From assembly GCA_047975765.1 (NCBI GenBank), contig JBKEEF010000004.1, positions 7,960 to 71,959 of the forward strand: a stretch of DNA of 64,000 bases, in the 5' to 3' direction. Made by a program: the position numbers and the translations under genes. The notes under the pieces were generated by a model. That model had not been told where the DNA came from and searched no databases. It was given only the letters and a program-made list of their open reading frames with translations. The stretch is from Alphaproteobacteria bacterium. Lineage in GTDB: Bacteria > Pseudomonadota > Alphaproteobacteria > RF32 > CAG-239. This document shows, in pieces, positions 1 through 9,741 of the stretch; positions within the stretch are counted from its first letter, which is position 1; each line of letters starts with the position of its first letter.

Positions 1-1
1 T

Positions 2-406
2 GATGTTTATCGTGCTTCTGGTGCGGGTGGTCAGCACGTTAACAAAACAGAATCTGCAGTTCGTATTACGCACTTGCCAACAAATACTGTTGTTCAATGC
101 CAAGATGGTCGTTCACAGTTCAAAAACAAAGAAAGTGCAATGCGTCAGCTTCGTGCAAAACTTTATGATAACCAAAAAGCAACGAAGGATGCTGTTTATT
201 CAGAACGTCGTAAACTTCAGGTTGGAAGTGGTGACAGAAGTGAGCGAATCAGAACTTATAACTACCCTCAAGGTCGTGTGACAGACCATAGAATCAATCT
301 CACCCTTTATAAGCTTGAAGATGTTGTTAGTGGTGATTCTTTATACGAACTTATTGATGCACTTGTGTCAGAGGATCAGGCTGAACGTCTTCTTGAACTC
401 AACTAA
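2..406 (+). CDS. prfA: Peptide chain release factor 1, 3' part (5' end outside window)
   Basis: Frame 2 from the window edge reads [27 protein letters not shown] (GGQ motif) and [29 protein letters not shown]. Confidence 0.97.
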   Translation, partial: DVYRASGAGGQHVNKTESAVRITHLPTNTVVQCQDGRSQFKNKESAMRQLRAKLYDNQKATKDAVYSERRKLQVGSGDRSERIRTYNYPQGRVTDHRINLTLYKLEDVVSGDSLYELIDALVSEDQAERLLELN

Positions 407-623
407 AAAAATATGTGTATAATGGAGAGCTAATGCAGAAATCTCAGATAAAAATTTTAGTCAAGGACTTGTGTGTCCGTTCAAAAATTTTTTCCTCATT
501 TCTTATTATCTCTCTCATTCTCCACATATTTACAAAAACTTGTACACTCGTTCATAAAATCCTTCAATTCTTATCACTCGCCTTATATACAAGGTTTTTA
601 CGTTCTCTCAAGAAATGTTCTGC

Positions 624-780
624 TGTCATACTTGAACTCTTTTTTAGTGTCATACTCGGGCTTGACCCGAGTATCCACAATGTGCTGAGGTTTGTAAATA
701 TGGATTCCCGATTTCTCGGGAATGACAGGATGGGGCTAGGAATGACAGACAGATAGATTCCCAGTCAAGCTGGGAATGAC
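624..780. repeat. Cluster of GTCA-headed REP/dRS3-like palindromes
   Basis: TGTCATACTCGGGCTTGACCCGAGTATCCA (648-677, forward), TGGATTCCCGATTTCTCGGGAATGACA (701-727, reverse), TAGATTCCCAGTCAAGCTGGGAATGAC (754-780, reverse); partial heads at 624-634 and 739-747. Confidence 0.8.
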
Positions 781-856
781 GCCACACTTTTATTCTGGTT
801 AAGCCTAAAATATGAAGGATAAAAATATCTAGTAAATCTTTTTCTCACTTTACTTT

Positions 857-871
857 GTTCTTGTTTTGTTC
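857..871 (+). promoter_or_regulatory. Alphaproteobacterial LexA (SOS) box upstream of umuD
   Basis: GTTC-TTGTTTT-GTTC = GTTC-N7-GTTC, 30 nt before the umuD ATG; the same motif precedes lexA. Confidence 0.85.
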
Positions 872-901
872 TATATCTTCTATGTGATTATGGAGGGTGG
901 A

Positions 902-1330
902 ATGAGTGGATTGAAGTTGAGTTCTTTAGAGGTTAAGTCAGAAATTGAATTACCTTTTGCTGAACAAGGGGTTAGAGCTGGTTTTCCGAGTCCGGCACAA
1001 GACTTTATGGAAAATTCTATTGATTTGAACAGAGAGCTTATCAAGCATCCAGCAAGCACATTTTTTGCCAGAGTTTGTGGTAAAAGTATGATTGATTCTG
1101 GTGTTGATGAAGGAGATATTTTAGTTATTGATAAGTCTTTAGAACCTAAAAATGGAGATATGGCAGTATGTTATGTTGATGGAGAATTTACACTCAAATA
1201 TATTAAAATCTCTAAAAATGAAATATGGTTAATGCCAGCGAATCGAGAATTTTCTCCAATTCAAATTACCTCTGAAAACGAATTTATGATTTGGGGTGTG
1301 GTGACTTATTCCATCAAGAATCAAAACTGA
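902..1330 (+). CDS. umuD: DNA polymerase V subunit UmuD (S24 autopeptidase)
   Basis: VRAGFPSPAQD, GKSMID (catalytic Ser), GEFTLK (Lys), WGVVT; ATG at 902 follows GGAGGG. Confidence 0.95.
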   Translation: MSGLKLSSLEVKSEIELPFAEQGVRAGFPSPAQDFMENSIDLNRELIKHPASTFFARVCGKSMIDSGVDEGDILVIDKSLEPKNGDMAVCYVDGEFTLKYIKISKNEIWLMPANREFSPIQITSENEFMIWGVVTYSIKNQN

Positions 1331-1338
1331 GCATAAAA

Positions 1339-2592
1339 ATGTATGGGCTTTTAGATTGTAATAATTTCTTTGTAAGTTGTGAACGGGCTTTTAATCTATC
1401 ACTAAGAGGAAAAGCCATTGGTGTTTTGAGTAACAACGATGGTTGTATTGTGGCTCGTTCTAATGAGCTAAAAGCACTGGGTATTAAAATGGGAACGCCA
1501 ATGTATCAAATTAAAAATTTGATAGATCGAGGAGATGTGAAAGTTCTTTCTTCTAATTATACGCTCTATGGAGATATGTCGGCTCGAGTGATGCGAGTTT
1601 TGGGAGAAAATGTTCCAAGTCTTGAAATTTATTCTATTGATGAAGCTTTCTTCAAAGTTGGTGCGTTGGAAGACAGAGAAAAGTTTGTGAGAGATGTTGC
1701 TCGTAAAGTGAGTAAGTCAACAGGAATCCCTGTTTCTGTTGGGGTGGCGGAAACAAAAACTTTAGCAAAAATAGCGAATCATTTTGCAAAGAAATATAAG
1801 CGTTATAATCAGGTTTGCTTTATGGATACTCCTGAAAAAAGAGAAAAAGCATTGAAACTTACCCCAATAGGAGATGTTTGGGGAATTGGACGTAAAACAC
1901 TTGAAAAAATGAAGTTTGAAGGAATTTTTACGGCTTATGATTTTGTTCAAAGAGATCGTGCTTGGGTCAGAAAAAATTTTATGTTGGGTGGAGAAAAAAC
2001 ATGGCGAGAACTTCAAGGTGAAGTCTGTGTTGATATGGATAATATTGAAGGAAAAAAGCAAATTTGTACTTCAAGAAGTTTTGGAGAGATGATTGAAGAT
2101 TTAGACACTATGTCTCAAGCGGTTTCTTCTTTTGCTTCAGATTGTGCCTATAAGCTTCGTTGTCAAAAAACTTGTGCTCATGCTGTTTCTGTCTTTATTT
2201 ATACAAATCGTTTTCGAACAGATTTGCCACAATATATGCAAAGTAAGGTCATCACTTTTCCTGTGGCAACCTCTGATACGATTGAAATTGTAAATGCTTC
2301 TCTTCAAGCATTAAAAAAAATATTTATAGGTGGATTTAAATATAAAAAAGCAGGTGTTGTAGTGATGGATGTGGTTCCTGAATCGGCTGTTCAGCAAAAT
2401 CTTTTTGATGCGAAGAATCGGAAAAAATCTGAAAAACTGATGCAAATGGTGGATAAGATAAATAATGAATATCATTCAGGTGTTGTGAAATTGGCAGTTC
2501 AAGGTTTTGTTGGGGAATGGTTGTTGAAAAGAGAAAATCTTTCTCCAAACTACACTACAAAACTTGCGGATATTATCAAAGTCAAAATTTAA
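1339..2592 (+). CDS. umuC: DNA polymerase V subunit UmuC (Y-family)
   Basis: LLDCNNFFVSCER, VLSNNDGC, YSIDEAF, C-terminal LSPNYTT. Confidence 0.95.
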   Translation: MYGLLDCNNFFVSCERAFNLSLRGKAIGVLSNNDGCIVARSNELKALGIKMGTPMYQIKNLIDRGDVKVLSSNYTLYGDMSARVMRVLGENVPSLEIYSIDEAFFKVGALEDREKFVRDVARKVSKSTGIPVSVGVAETKTLAKIANHFAKKYKRYNQVCFMDTPEKREKALKLTPIGDVWGIGRKTLEKMKFEGIFTAYDFVQRDRAWVRKNFMLGGEKTWRELQGEVCVDMDNIEGKKQICTSRSFGEMIEDLDTMSQAVSSFASDCAYKLRCQKTCAHAVSVFIYTNRFRTDLPQYMQSKVITFPVATSDTIEIVNASLQALKKIFIGGFKYKKAGVVVMDVVPESAVQQNLFDAKNRKKSEKLMQMVDKINNEYHSGVVKLAVQGFVGEWLLKRENLSPNYTTKLADIIKVKI

Positions 2593-2625
2593 GCACCAAA
2601 AACCAGAAGGTTTAAGGTGCTTAAA
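2588..2625. terminator. Bidirectional hairpin between convergent genes
   Basis: TTTAAGCACC...GGTGCTTAAA inverted repeat. Confidence 0.6.
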
Positions 2626-2628
2626 AAA

Positions 2629-3045
2629 TTAGATTTTGAAAAGAGGATTTTTCAATCCTGCCGGAAGCTCATCTCTTGAAAAGTTATATTTTTCCGTGTC
2701 GGCTGGATGAATTAAGTTTTCATCTTTTGAGAGAAAAAATTTGGCTCCTTTCACGAGTTTGTCATCAATAATTTTTCCGAGGCACATGTGAGAGACAGGA
2801 GAAAGAAAAATCTCTTTGCCAATGCAAGGAAATTTCTCTAAGTCGACAAGTCTGTGTAAGTAAAAAGGAGGATTGATAGAATAAATCAAAATTTTCTCAC
2901 CTTCACTTTCAGCTTTCAACATGGCGTCATATAATTCTTCATTAAATTCACCGCTGAAGCTTAAAAGAGTTCCCATAACATTTACCAAAGAATAATCAAT
3001 GATAACAATGTCTTCGTCTTCTTTCAAAATTTTTTTGTAGTCCAT
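2629..3045 (-). CDS. Orphan protein, possibly a degenerate HAD-like fold; SD-less leader
   Basis: ORF starting MDYKK after promoter TTGAAA-N17-TAAAAT; NVMGTLL / KILIYS / IIDD loosely echo HAD motifs. Confidence 0.55.
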   Translation of the reverse strand: MDYKKILKEDEDIVIIDYSLVNVMGTLLSFSGEFNEELYDAMLKAESEGEKILIYSINPPFYLHRLVDLEKFPCIGKEIFLSPVSHMCLGKIIDDKLVKGAKFFLSKDENLIHPADTEKYNFSRDELPAGLKNPLFKI

Positions 3046-3223
3046 AGGAATAATAAAATTAAAAATTAAAAAAATAATATTTTGCTCTTTCATTTTAACA
3101 TCTGGAATTTTGAGTTTCAAGCAGATTAAAATGAAGGATTTGTTTCAGAATAACTTTTCTTTTGTTGTTGTATAAGTTTCTTAATCTCGCTATGATGTCA
3201 GACATAAGTTTTTAAGGAAAACA

Positions 3224-6200
3224 ATGTCAGAACCTAAATTTGTACATCTTCGCGTTCATAGTGCCTATTCATTGTCTGAAGGAGCAATGAAGATTAAGTC
3301 TTTATTGCCAAAGGCGAAAGCTTTGGGTTATTCAGCCCTCGCAATTACAGATACGGCAAATATGTTTGGAGCAAAAGAATTTTCCTCAGTAGCTTCAAAA
3401 GAAGGTGTTAAGCCTCTCTTAGGTTGCCAATTCAATCTCAGAAATGCGGATGCTGATGACCCTTTCAAATCCAAAGGAATGGTCGTTGAGCCTGATAAAA
3501 TTGTTCTTTTGGTACAAAATCAAGAGGGCTATCAAAATATTATGCATTTGATGAAAGTGTCTTATTTGGATAATATGGGATATGCTGAAAAACCTCAGCT
3601 TTTGCTTTCAGATTTAGAAACATATGGCAAAGGGCTTATCTTTTTGAGTGGTGGCTTCGAAGGTCCTATTGGCAGATTGTATCTTGATAATCGTGCTCAA
3701 GAGGCAGAAGAACTTGCTGTTAAATTCAAAGAGATTTTCGATAATAGATTTTATATGGAAATTTCTCGTGTGGGTTATGAGAATGAGAAAAAAACAGAAG
3801 ATTTCTTTCTTGATATTGCCTATAAGTATAATATTCCTTTAGTGGCAACAAACGAAGCTTTTTTCTTCACTGCTGAAATGTATGAAGCTCATGATGCTCT
3901 TGTGTGTATTGCACAAGGTGAATATGTTGCCAATGATAATCGTAAAAAGTTTTCTCCAAATAATCGTTTGCGTTTTCCAGAAGAAATGGTGGACTTATTC
4001 AGAGATTTGCCAGAAGCAGTTCAAAACACTGTTGCAATTGCAAAACGTTGTAGTTTTATGTCTGAATTTGTTTCTCCACTTCTACCTCACTTTGATTGTG
4101 GTGAGATGTCAGCAGATGATTTTATCCGTGAAGAATCACTAAAAGGTTTAGCACAAAGGATGAAAGATCATGTTTATAAAGAAGACATGACGGACGAAGA
4201 AAAAAAAGCTAAAGACGATGTTTATTATGCACGTTTGGATTATGAGCTTGGTGTGATTAAAGGAATGGGGTTTGCTGGATACTTTCTCATCGTGTCAGAC
4301 TTCATTCGTTGGTCAAAAAATAATGGCGTTCCTGTTGGTCCGGGACGTGGTTCTGGTGCAGGTTCTATTGTGGCTTGGTCGCTTGAAATTACCAACTTAG
4401 ATCCAATTCACTATGATTTGCTCTTCGAAAGATTTCTAAATCCAGATCGTATTTCCATGCCGGACTTTGACGTTGACTTTTGCCAAGAAAAACGTGAAAA
4501 AACCATAGAATATGTAAAAAATAAATATGGTGCTGAAAATGTGGCACAAATTATTACTTATGGTAAATTGCAGTCGAAGGCTGTTATTCGAGATGTAGCC
4601 CGTGTTTTACAGATGCCTTATTCTCAGGCTGACAAAATAAGTAAAATGATTCCTGCTGGGAATCAGGGAAAAAATCCAACTTTACCAGAAGCATTAGAAC
4701 AAGTTCCTGAGCTTGAAGAAATGCGTGTCAATGACCCTCAAATCAATAAGCTTTTTGATATTGCGATGAAATTAGAAGGGCTTTATCGTCATTCAGGGGT
4801 TCATGCTGCAGGTGTGGTGATTGGTGACAGGTCTTTAGAACAACTTGTACCACTTTATAAAGATCCTCGTGCTGAAATGCCAGTAACTCAATTTGATATG
4901 AAGTTTGTGGAAGAATCTGGTTTGATTAAGTTCGACTTCTTAGGCTTGAAAACCTTAACTGTTATCAAAAAGGCTTTGGAGTTAGTCAAAAAAAATTATA
5001 ATGTTGATATAGATATAGATAAAATCCCTATCGATGATAAGGCTTCTTATGAACTTTTACAAAGAGGGGATACTTCTGCTGTGTTCCAATTTGAATCGGC
5101 AGGCATGAAAGATGTTCATAAGCAAATCAGACCAGATAGATTTGAAGACCTTATTGCGATTGTGTCTTTGTATCGTCCTGGTCCAATGGATAATATTCCA
5201 AGCTATATTAAGAGAAAACATGGTGAAGAAAAAGTTGAATATCTTCATCCGATGTTAGAATCTATTCTTTCTGAAACATATGGTATTATGATTTATCAAG
5301 AGCAGGTGATGAGAATTTCTCAAAAACTTGCGAATTATACCCAAGGTGAAGCAGATACACTTCGTAAGATTATGGGTAAGAAGATGATGGATAAAATGCC
5401 AGCTCAAAAAGACAAATTTGTTCAAGGATCAGTGCAAAATGGAATTGCCCAAGATGTTGCAGAAACGATTTTTGAACAAATGGCAAAATTTGCTTCTTAT
5501 GGGTTTAACAAATCTCATGCGGCAGCATATTCACTTATTTCATATCAAACTGCTTATTTGAAAGCCCATTATCCAGTTGAGTTTATGTGTGCAGTGATGA
5601 GTTTGGATATTACGAATACAGATAAACTACTTTTCTTCAAAGATGAAGTGAAGCAAATGGGGATTCCTGTTTTGACACCAAATATCAATAAGTCAGGTGT
5701 GGAATTTACGGTTGAAGGAAAAAGTATTCGCTATGCACTTGCTGCTATCAAAGGCGTTGGTGAGGCAAGTATGAGAGCAATTGTTGAAGAACGTGAAAAA
5801 AATGGTGTTTATAAGGATATTTCGGATTTTATCCATCGAACAGATTTCAAACAAATCAATCGACGTCAACTTGAACAATTGGCAAAATCTGGTGCTTTTG
5901 ATGATTTAGAAAAAAACAGAGCTAAACTTTTTGAAAATACTGAAACAATTATTAGACATATCTATGCAGCAACTGAAGTCAAAACAAGTGCTCAAACAAC
6001 TTTGTTTGGAAGTGTTGAGCTTCAAACTGAAGTGAAGTTGGAAGATAAACCAGAATGGCCAGAATTAGAAAAACTTAGAAATGAGGCAGAGGCAATTGGT
6101 TTTTATCTTTCTGCTCATCCTTTAGATATTTATGGTAAAGGTATGGAAAGATTGAGCGTCAAAAAAAGCAGTCAGGTTTTTGGAAATGTTAAAGTTGGAG

Positions 6201-6694
6201 ATACCATCAAGGCAAAGCTTGCAGGTTGTGTGAATAGCTTTAAGAAAAGATTGAGTAAAAATGGAAATAAATATGCTTTTCTTGAAATGTCTGATTTGGA
6301 AGGAAAGTTTGAGGGATTGATGTTTTCAGAAGCAATTGCAAGATACGAAGAAATTATAAATTCGGGTCTTCCTTTGTTGGTTAGTATGACAGTTGACCGC
6401 CAAACAGAAGAGGGAAGTCCTCGAGTACTGATTAATATCGTGGAAACGCTGGATAAAGCAATTGCAGATGTTGCCACAGGTTTTAATGTTTTTGTATCTA
6501 GCCAAAGTGCTATTAGAGAATTAAAAGAAATTCTGGCTCAGGATAAAAAAGGCAGAAATAAGATATATATTATACCTGATGATAAAAATTGGGATGTGAG
6601 AATTGAACTACCATATGGCTATGCTTTTGAAAATAGCGATGCCTTGACTAAAATTAGAAGTATTCACGGTGTAACCTCTGTTCAGGAGATATAA
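3224..6694 (+). CDS. dnaE: DNA polymerase III alpha subunit
   Basis: PHP domain FVHLRVHSAYSL, GPGRGSGAGS, SMPDFDVDF, GFNKSHAAAY; 1156 aa. Confidence 0.98.
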   Translation: MSEPKFVHLRVHSAYSLSEGAMKIKSLLPKAKALGYSALAITDTANMFGAKEFSSVASKEGVKPLLGCQFNLRNADADDPFKSKGMVVEPDKIVLLVQNQEGYQNIMHLMKVSYLDNMGYAEKPQLLLSDLETYGKGLIFLSGGFEGPIGRLYLDNRAQEAEELAVKFKEIFDNRFYMEISRVGYENEKKTEDFFLDIAYKYNIPLVATNEAFFFTAEMYEAHDALVCIAQGEYVANDNRKKFSPNNRLRFPEEMVDLFRDLPEAVQNTVAIAKRCSFMSEFVSPLLPHFDCGEMSADDFIREESLKGLAQRMKDHVYKEDMTDEEKKAKDDVYYARLDYELGVIKGMGFAGYFLIVSDFIRWSKNNGVPVGPGRGSGAGSIVAWSLEITNLDPIHYDLLFERFLNPDRISMPDFDVDFCQEKREKTIEYVKNKYGAENVAQIITYGKLQSKAVIRDVARVLQMPYSQADKISKMIPAGNQGKNPTLPEALEQVPELEEMRVNDPQINKLFDIAMKLEGLYRHSGVHAAGVVIGDRSLEQLVPLYKDPRAEMPVTQFDMKFVEESGLIKFDFLGLKTLTVIKKALELVKKNYNVDIDIDKIPIDDKASYELLQRGDTSAVFQFESAGMKDVHKQIRPDRFEDLIAIVSLYRPGPMDNIPSYIKRKHGEEKVEYLHPMLESILSETYGIMIYQEQVMRISQKLANYTQGEADTLRKIMGKKMMDKMPAQKDKFVQGSVQNGIAQDVAETIFEQMAKFASYGFNKSHAAAYSLISYQTAYLKAHYPVEFMCAVMSLDITNTDKLLFFKDEVKQMGIPVLTPNINKSGVEFTVEGKSIRYALAAIKGVGEASMRAIVEEREKNGVYKDISDFIHRTDFKQINRRQLEQLAKSGAFDDLEKNRAKLFENTETIIRHIYAATEVKTSAQTTLFGSVELQTEVKLEDKPEWPELEKLRNEAEAIGFYLSAHPLDIYGKGMERLSVKKSSQVFGNVKVGDTIKAKLAGCVNSFKKRLSKNGNKYAFLEMSDLEGKFEGLMFSEAIARYEEIINSGLPLLVSMTVDRQTEEGSPRVLINIVETLDKAIADVATGFNVFVSSQSAIRELKEILAQDKKGRNKIYIIPDDKNWDVRIELPYGYAFENSDALTKIRSIHGVTSVQEI

Positions 6695-6696
6695 AA

Positions 6697-7530
6697 ATGA
6701 GTGATTTTATTAAAAGAGTGATAGGTGAAAAAGATGATTTCACGGTGGAAAATGTGAAGATGCCATTCTTTGGATTGATATTTTCACCTTTTAATTATTT
6801 CATAGATAACCTAAAAGGATTCTTTCTTTCCGCAGCGATTTATTCTGTCGTTCTTACGATCGCGGCTTGTGCACTTGGAACATTTTTTCTGTGTGGCGTT
6901 GAAGGGGCAAGAGAAAATATTTTTTGTTCAAGTTCCGATTTAAGTAGTATATCTTATTTGGCTATCAAAGGTTTCATCATGCTTTTGTTCTGCATCTTCT
7001 TTTATGAATTGCTTTCAAAAAGGGCATTTTCTTGGAAGAATTTATTCGTTTTAAATCATAGAATGTTTAAACTTTTTATAGCTTTTTTTGTTGCATTTTT
7101 ATTGATATTGCTTCCAATAATTTCTTTTTATACCCTTTATGTTAGAGAGCCTAATCCGGATTGGCTTATTGAGATTTCATTCTTCGCATTTGTTTCAATT
7201 GGTTTCTTTTCTCCATTTTTGATTTTGAGATTTTTCTCAGTTTTTGGTTTGATTGTTGAAGAAAGAGAAATTCCTTCTTTGATTGCACTTTGGCGTCGTT
7301 CAGCTGATAATATGTTCAAAATCATTACATCAATCTTTTTTATTATGGCATTTCTTTTGGTTTTGGTTATGAATTTTTATTATAATTTTGTGGGCTATAC
7401 AGCGGAAAATTTTGCTGTCGTTTTGCTCATTGAATTTTTTTATAATATTATTTTCTTTCTCCTTGTTTCCTTGTTTGTTGGGCATGTGAAAGCACAGACA
7501 TTTTATTTGTTTGGAGAAATTGAAGACTAA
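6697..7530 (+). CDS. Polytopic membrane protein, unknown function
   Basis: 277-aa ORF directly after dnaE with about six hydrophobic segments. Confidence 0.75.
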   Translation: MSDFIKRVIGEKDDFTVENVKMPFFGLIFSPFNYFIDNLKGFFLSAAIYSVVLTIAACALGTFFLCGVEGARENIFCSSSDLSSISYLAIKGFIMLLFCIFFYELLSKRAFSWKNLFVLNHRMFKLFIAFFVAFLLILLPIISFYTLYVREPNPDWLIEISFFAFVSIGFFSPFLILRFFSVFGLIVEEREIPSLIALWRRSADNMFKIITSIFFIMAFLLVLVMNFYYNFVGYTAENFAVVLLIEFFYNIIFFLLVSLFVGHVKAQTFYLFGEIED

Positions 7531-7531
7531 T

Positions 7532-7561
7532 AAAAAAAGCACCGAAAACGGTGCTTTTTTT
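7532..7561. terminator. Bidirectional intrinsic terminator
   Basis: A7-GCACCG-AAAA-CGGTGC-T7. Confidence 0.85.
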
Positions 7562-7568
7562 ATTTTAT

Positions 7569-9647
7569 CTAGATATTACGGATGATATCATTTACAATCT
7601 TCAGCTTGTTGTCTTCTTTGTCACCAACAGATTCATTGTAAGTTTCTGTGAGTTCAAAGGCAAAGATAGCAGGTTGTTGTGTGCTAAAAAGTCTATCTGA
7701 GCTATTTTCAGAAATGTTTTTGTTCAAATTTTCACGCAATTGTCGTGCTTCTGAAATATTGTTTTTAATAAGTCCATTTTGCCCAGAGAAAAGATTTGTG
7801 AAAGCAAAAATAGTGATGATTGCTACAACATTCAAAATAGCAGAAGTGGTACTGACAATAATACCAAACAAAACCAAACATATAGTGATGGCGATGACAG
7901 CAATTGGTTTGTAGGTATATTGCCAAAAAGATTTTGTTTTATACATTGCTATTGTCAGAGCAACAGCAATGATACTATCTAGAACAATCATAAACAGAAA
8001 GTTGTTAAGAGGATTGTAGCTTAAAAGTGCTGTGCCTAATTGTACTAAGAGAAGCATCAAAATACTAAATCCAATATACCCACTATTCGTCATTAAGATG
8101 AATTTTTTAATTTTGCTTTTTGTATCCATACTACTAGCTTTATAAGCACGGCTAATTTTTAACACATTGTTTCTGTTTACTTCTAAATAAGATTCTTTGT
8201 TTGGAAATAAGTTATGAATTGCTGTAGCTTCAAGCTTTGACAAACCAGAAGTGCTATCTGAAAGTTTGATGAGATATATCTTTCCATCTTCTTGTTTAAT
8301 GTTGATTATTCGTTTTTTGTATAGCTCAAGAAGGAAGGCACCAAATGATATCTTATCAAAACCATTTTTTACAAGATATCTCAAAATTGGTCCTGTTTTA
8401 GAAATTGAATATTGTTTTTTTGTTTTTGTGTTGTTAGAAATGAAAATCCAAGAAACAAAATATCCTCCGACAATTGCAATCAAACCAAGGATAGATAAGA
8501 TAATATCTCCATAATCATTGATAAGACGATATGATGTGTTGTTTTGAGTTTTTAAGAAGTTTTCTTTTGGAATAGAAAGAACGGTTTGTAATGACTCGCC
8601 TACAAAAATTGGGCCAATTGAAGCAACACCAACTGCATTGTTTTCCATTTCGAAAGTTCTAACATTAACAAAATCGGCTCTACCAAAACTCATGATAAAT
8701 CCAGCTTTTCCCAGAACAGGATCACTTCCTGGAATTTTTATGATAGCTCCAGCACGTGCAATGATGAGGTTCCAATAGTTTCCTGTGATATTCCAGTAAA
8801 ACTCATCAAAATCTTCATAGACCCAAAGTTGACGATTGACAATATATTCAAAGTCATAGGTATATACACCTGGTTGAAGTTCGTATTCATATTTTGGTTT
8901 AAAATAGATTGTGTTACCAATTTCTTCAATTTTATAGTCAAATTCTTGTCCGTCGATTTTGACACTAATGAGGTTAATATCAATTTTATTACTTGTACCA
9001 TCTCGAGAAACAGAAAATTTAGGTAGTGCTTTTGATAGTCCATGTTTGAGTTTTTCTCCATTTGCCACCACAATAACTTTTTCACTGATTTTTGCTGCCC
9101 CATTGGAAAGTAAATCAATATCTGTCAACAAATATGAAATGTGCTCAATTGCTGGAGCAAGGATTTTTGTACCAGTTGGAAGAGAAACACTTACTGTTTG
9201 ATAATTTGGTTTTTCCCATGTTTCTTGCTGATTTTTAACTTGTTGAGCTTGGGGTTGACCTTGTCCTTGAAGAACGTTTTGTGAATATGTTGGTTCTTTA
9301 GATGTTGCTCTTGATACCGCATTTTCATATATTTTCTGAAAGAATGATTTGTTTTTATCTTCCATCATTTGAGCATGTTCAGGGCTTAGAACACTGCTTT
9401 GTGACATTGAGTTATTAACTTCATCGTCAGGAATTGCTGTAACAATTGATTTGCCCGCACGATCCTCTAAAAGATCTGTTAAGGTCTTATATTTTGGGCT
9501 TGTTTTTGCAGTTACTGGCACATTTTTTTTGTTTTTACTATATTGTTCAGCTTCTGTTGGATCAGCAAATGAATGAATCTTGGCTTGAACCTGAGTCGTC
9601 ATGAAAAGGATAGGAATGAAATATAATGCAAGAAAAAGTTTTTTCAT
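7569..9647 (-). CDS. DUF2207-like membrane protein
   Basis: Signal peptide, YTYDFEY...DEFYWNITGNYWNLII periplasmic domain, C-terminal TM helices. Confidence 0.75.
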   Translation of the reverse strand: MKKLFLALYFIPILFMTTQVQAKIHSFADPTEAEQYSKNKKNVPVTAKTSPKYKTLTDLLEDRAGKSIVTAIPDDEVNNSMSQSSVLSPEHAQMMEDKNKSFFQKIYENAVSRATSKEPTYSQNVLQGQGQPQAQQVKNQQETWEKPNYQTVSVSLPTGTKILAPAIEHISYLLTDIDLLSNGAAKISEKVIVVANGEKLKHGLSKALPKFSVSRDGTSNKIDINLISVKIDGQEFDYKIEEIGNTIYFKPKYEYELQPGVYTYDFEYIVNRQLWVYEDFDEFYWNITGNYWNLIIARAGAIIKIPGSDPVLGKAGFIMSFGRADFVNVRTFEMENNAVGVASIGPIFVGESLQTVLSIPKENFLKTQNNTSYRLINDYGDIILSILGLIAIVGGYFVSWIFISNNTKTKKQYSISKTGPILRYLVKNGFDKISFGAFLLELYKKRIINIKQEDGKIYLIKLSDSTSGLSKLEATAIHNLFPNKESYLEVNRNNVLKISRAYKASSMDTKSKIKKFILMTNSGYIGFSILMLLLVQLGTALLSYNPLNNFLFMIVLDSIIAVALTIAMYKTKSFWQYTYKPIAVIAITICLVLFGIIVSTTSAILNVVAIITIFAFTNLFSGQNGLIKNNISEARQLRENLNKNISENSSDRLFSTQQPAIFAFELTETYNESVGDKEDNKLKIVNDIIRNI

Positions 9648-9741
9648 AAAACTTACACCTTTGTTAACAAATAAAATATAATTTTATACTATATATGATA
9701 GATATTAAAAAAAGAATAAACAAACAAGGAGAACTTTAGTT

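Noticed and set aside
474-620. Pyrimidine-rich stretch starting GTGTCCGTTCAAAAA, possibly a decayed MITE end or nuclease remnant
   Set aside because: No matching second inverted end and no convincing reading frame on either strand.
602-620. Second GTTC...GTTC near umuD
   Set aside because: The spacer is 11 nt, not 7.
415-756. ORFs 415-756 and 473-688
   Set aside because: They run through the palindromic repeats, have no recognisable domain and look like chance frames.
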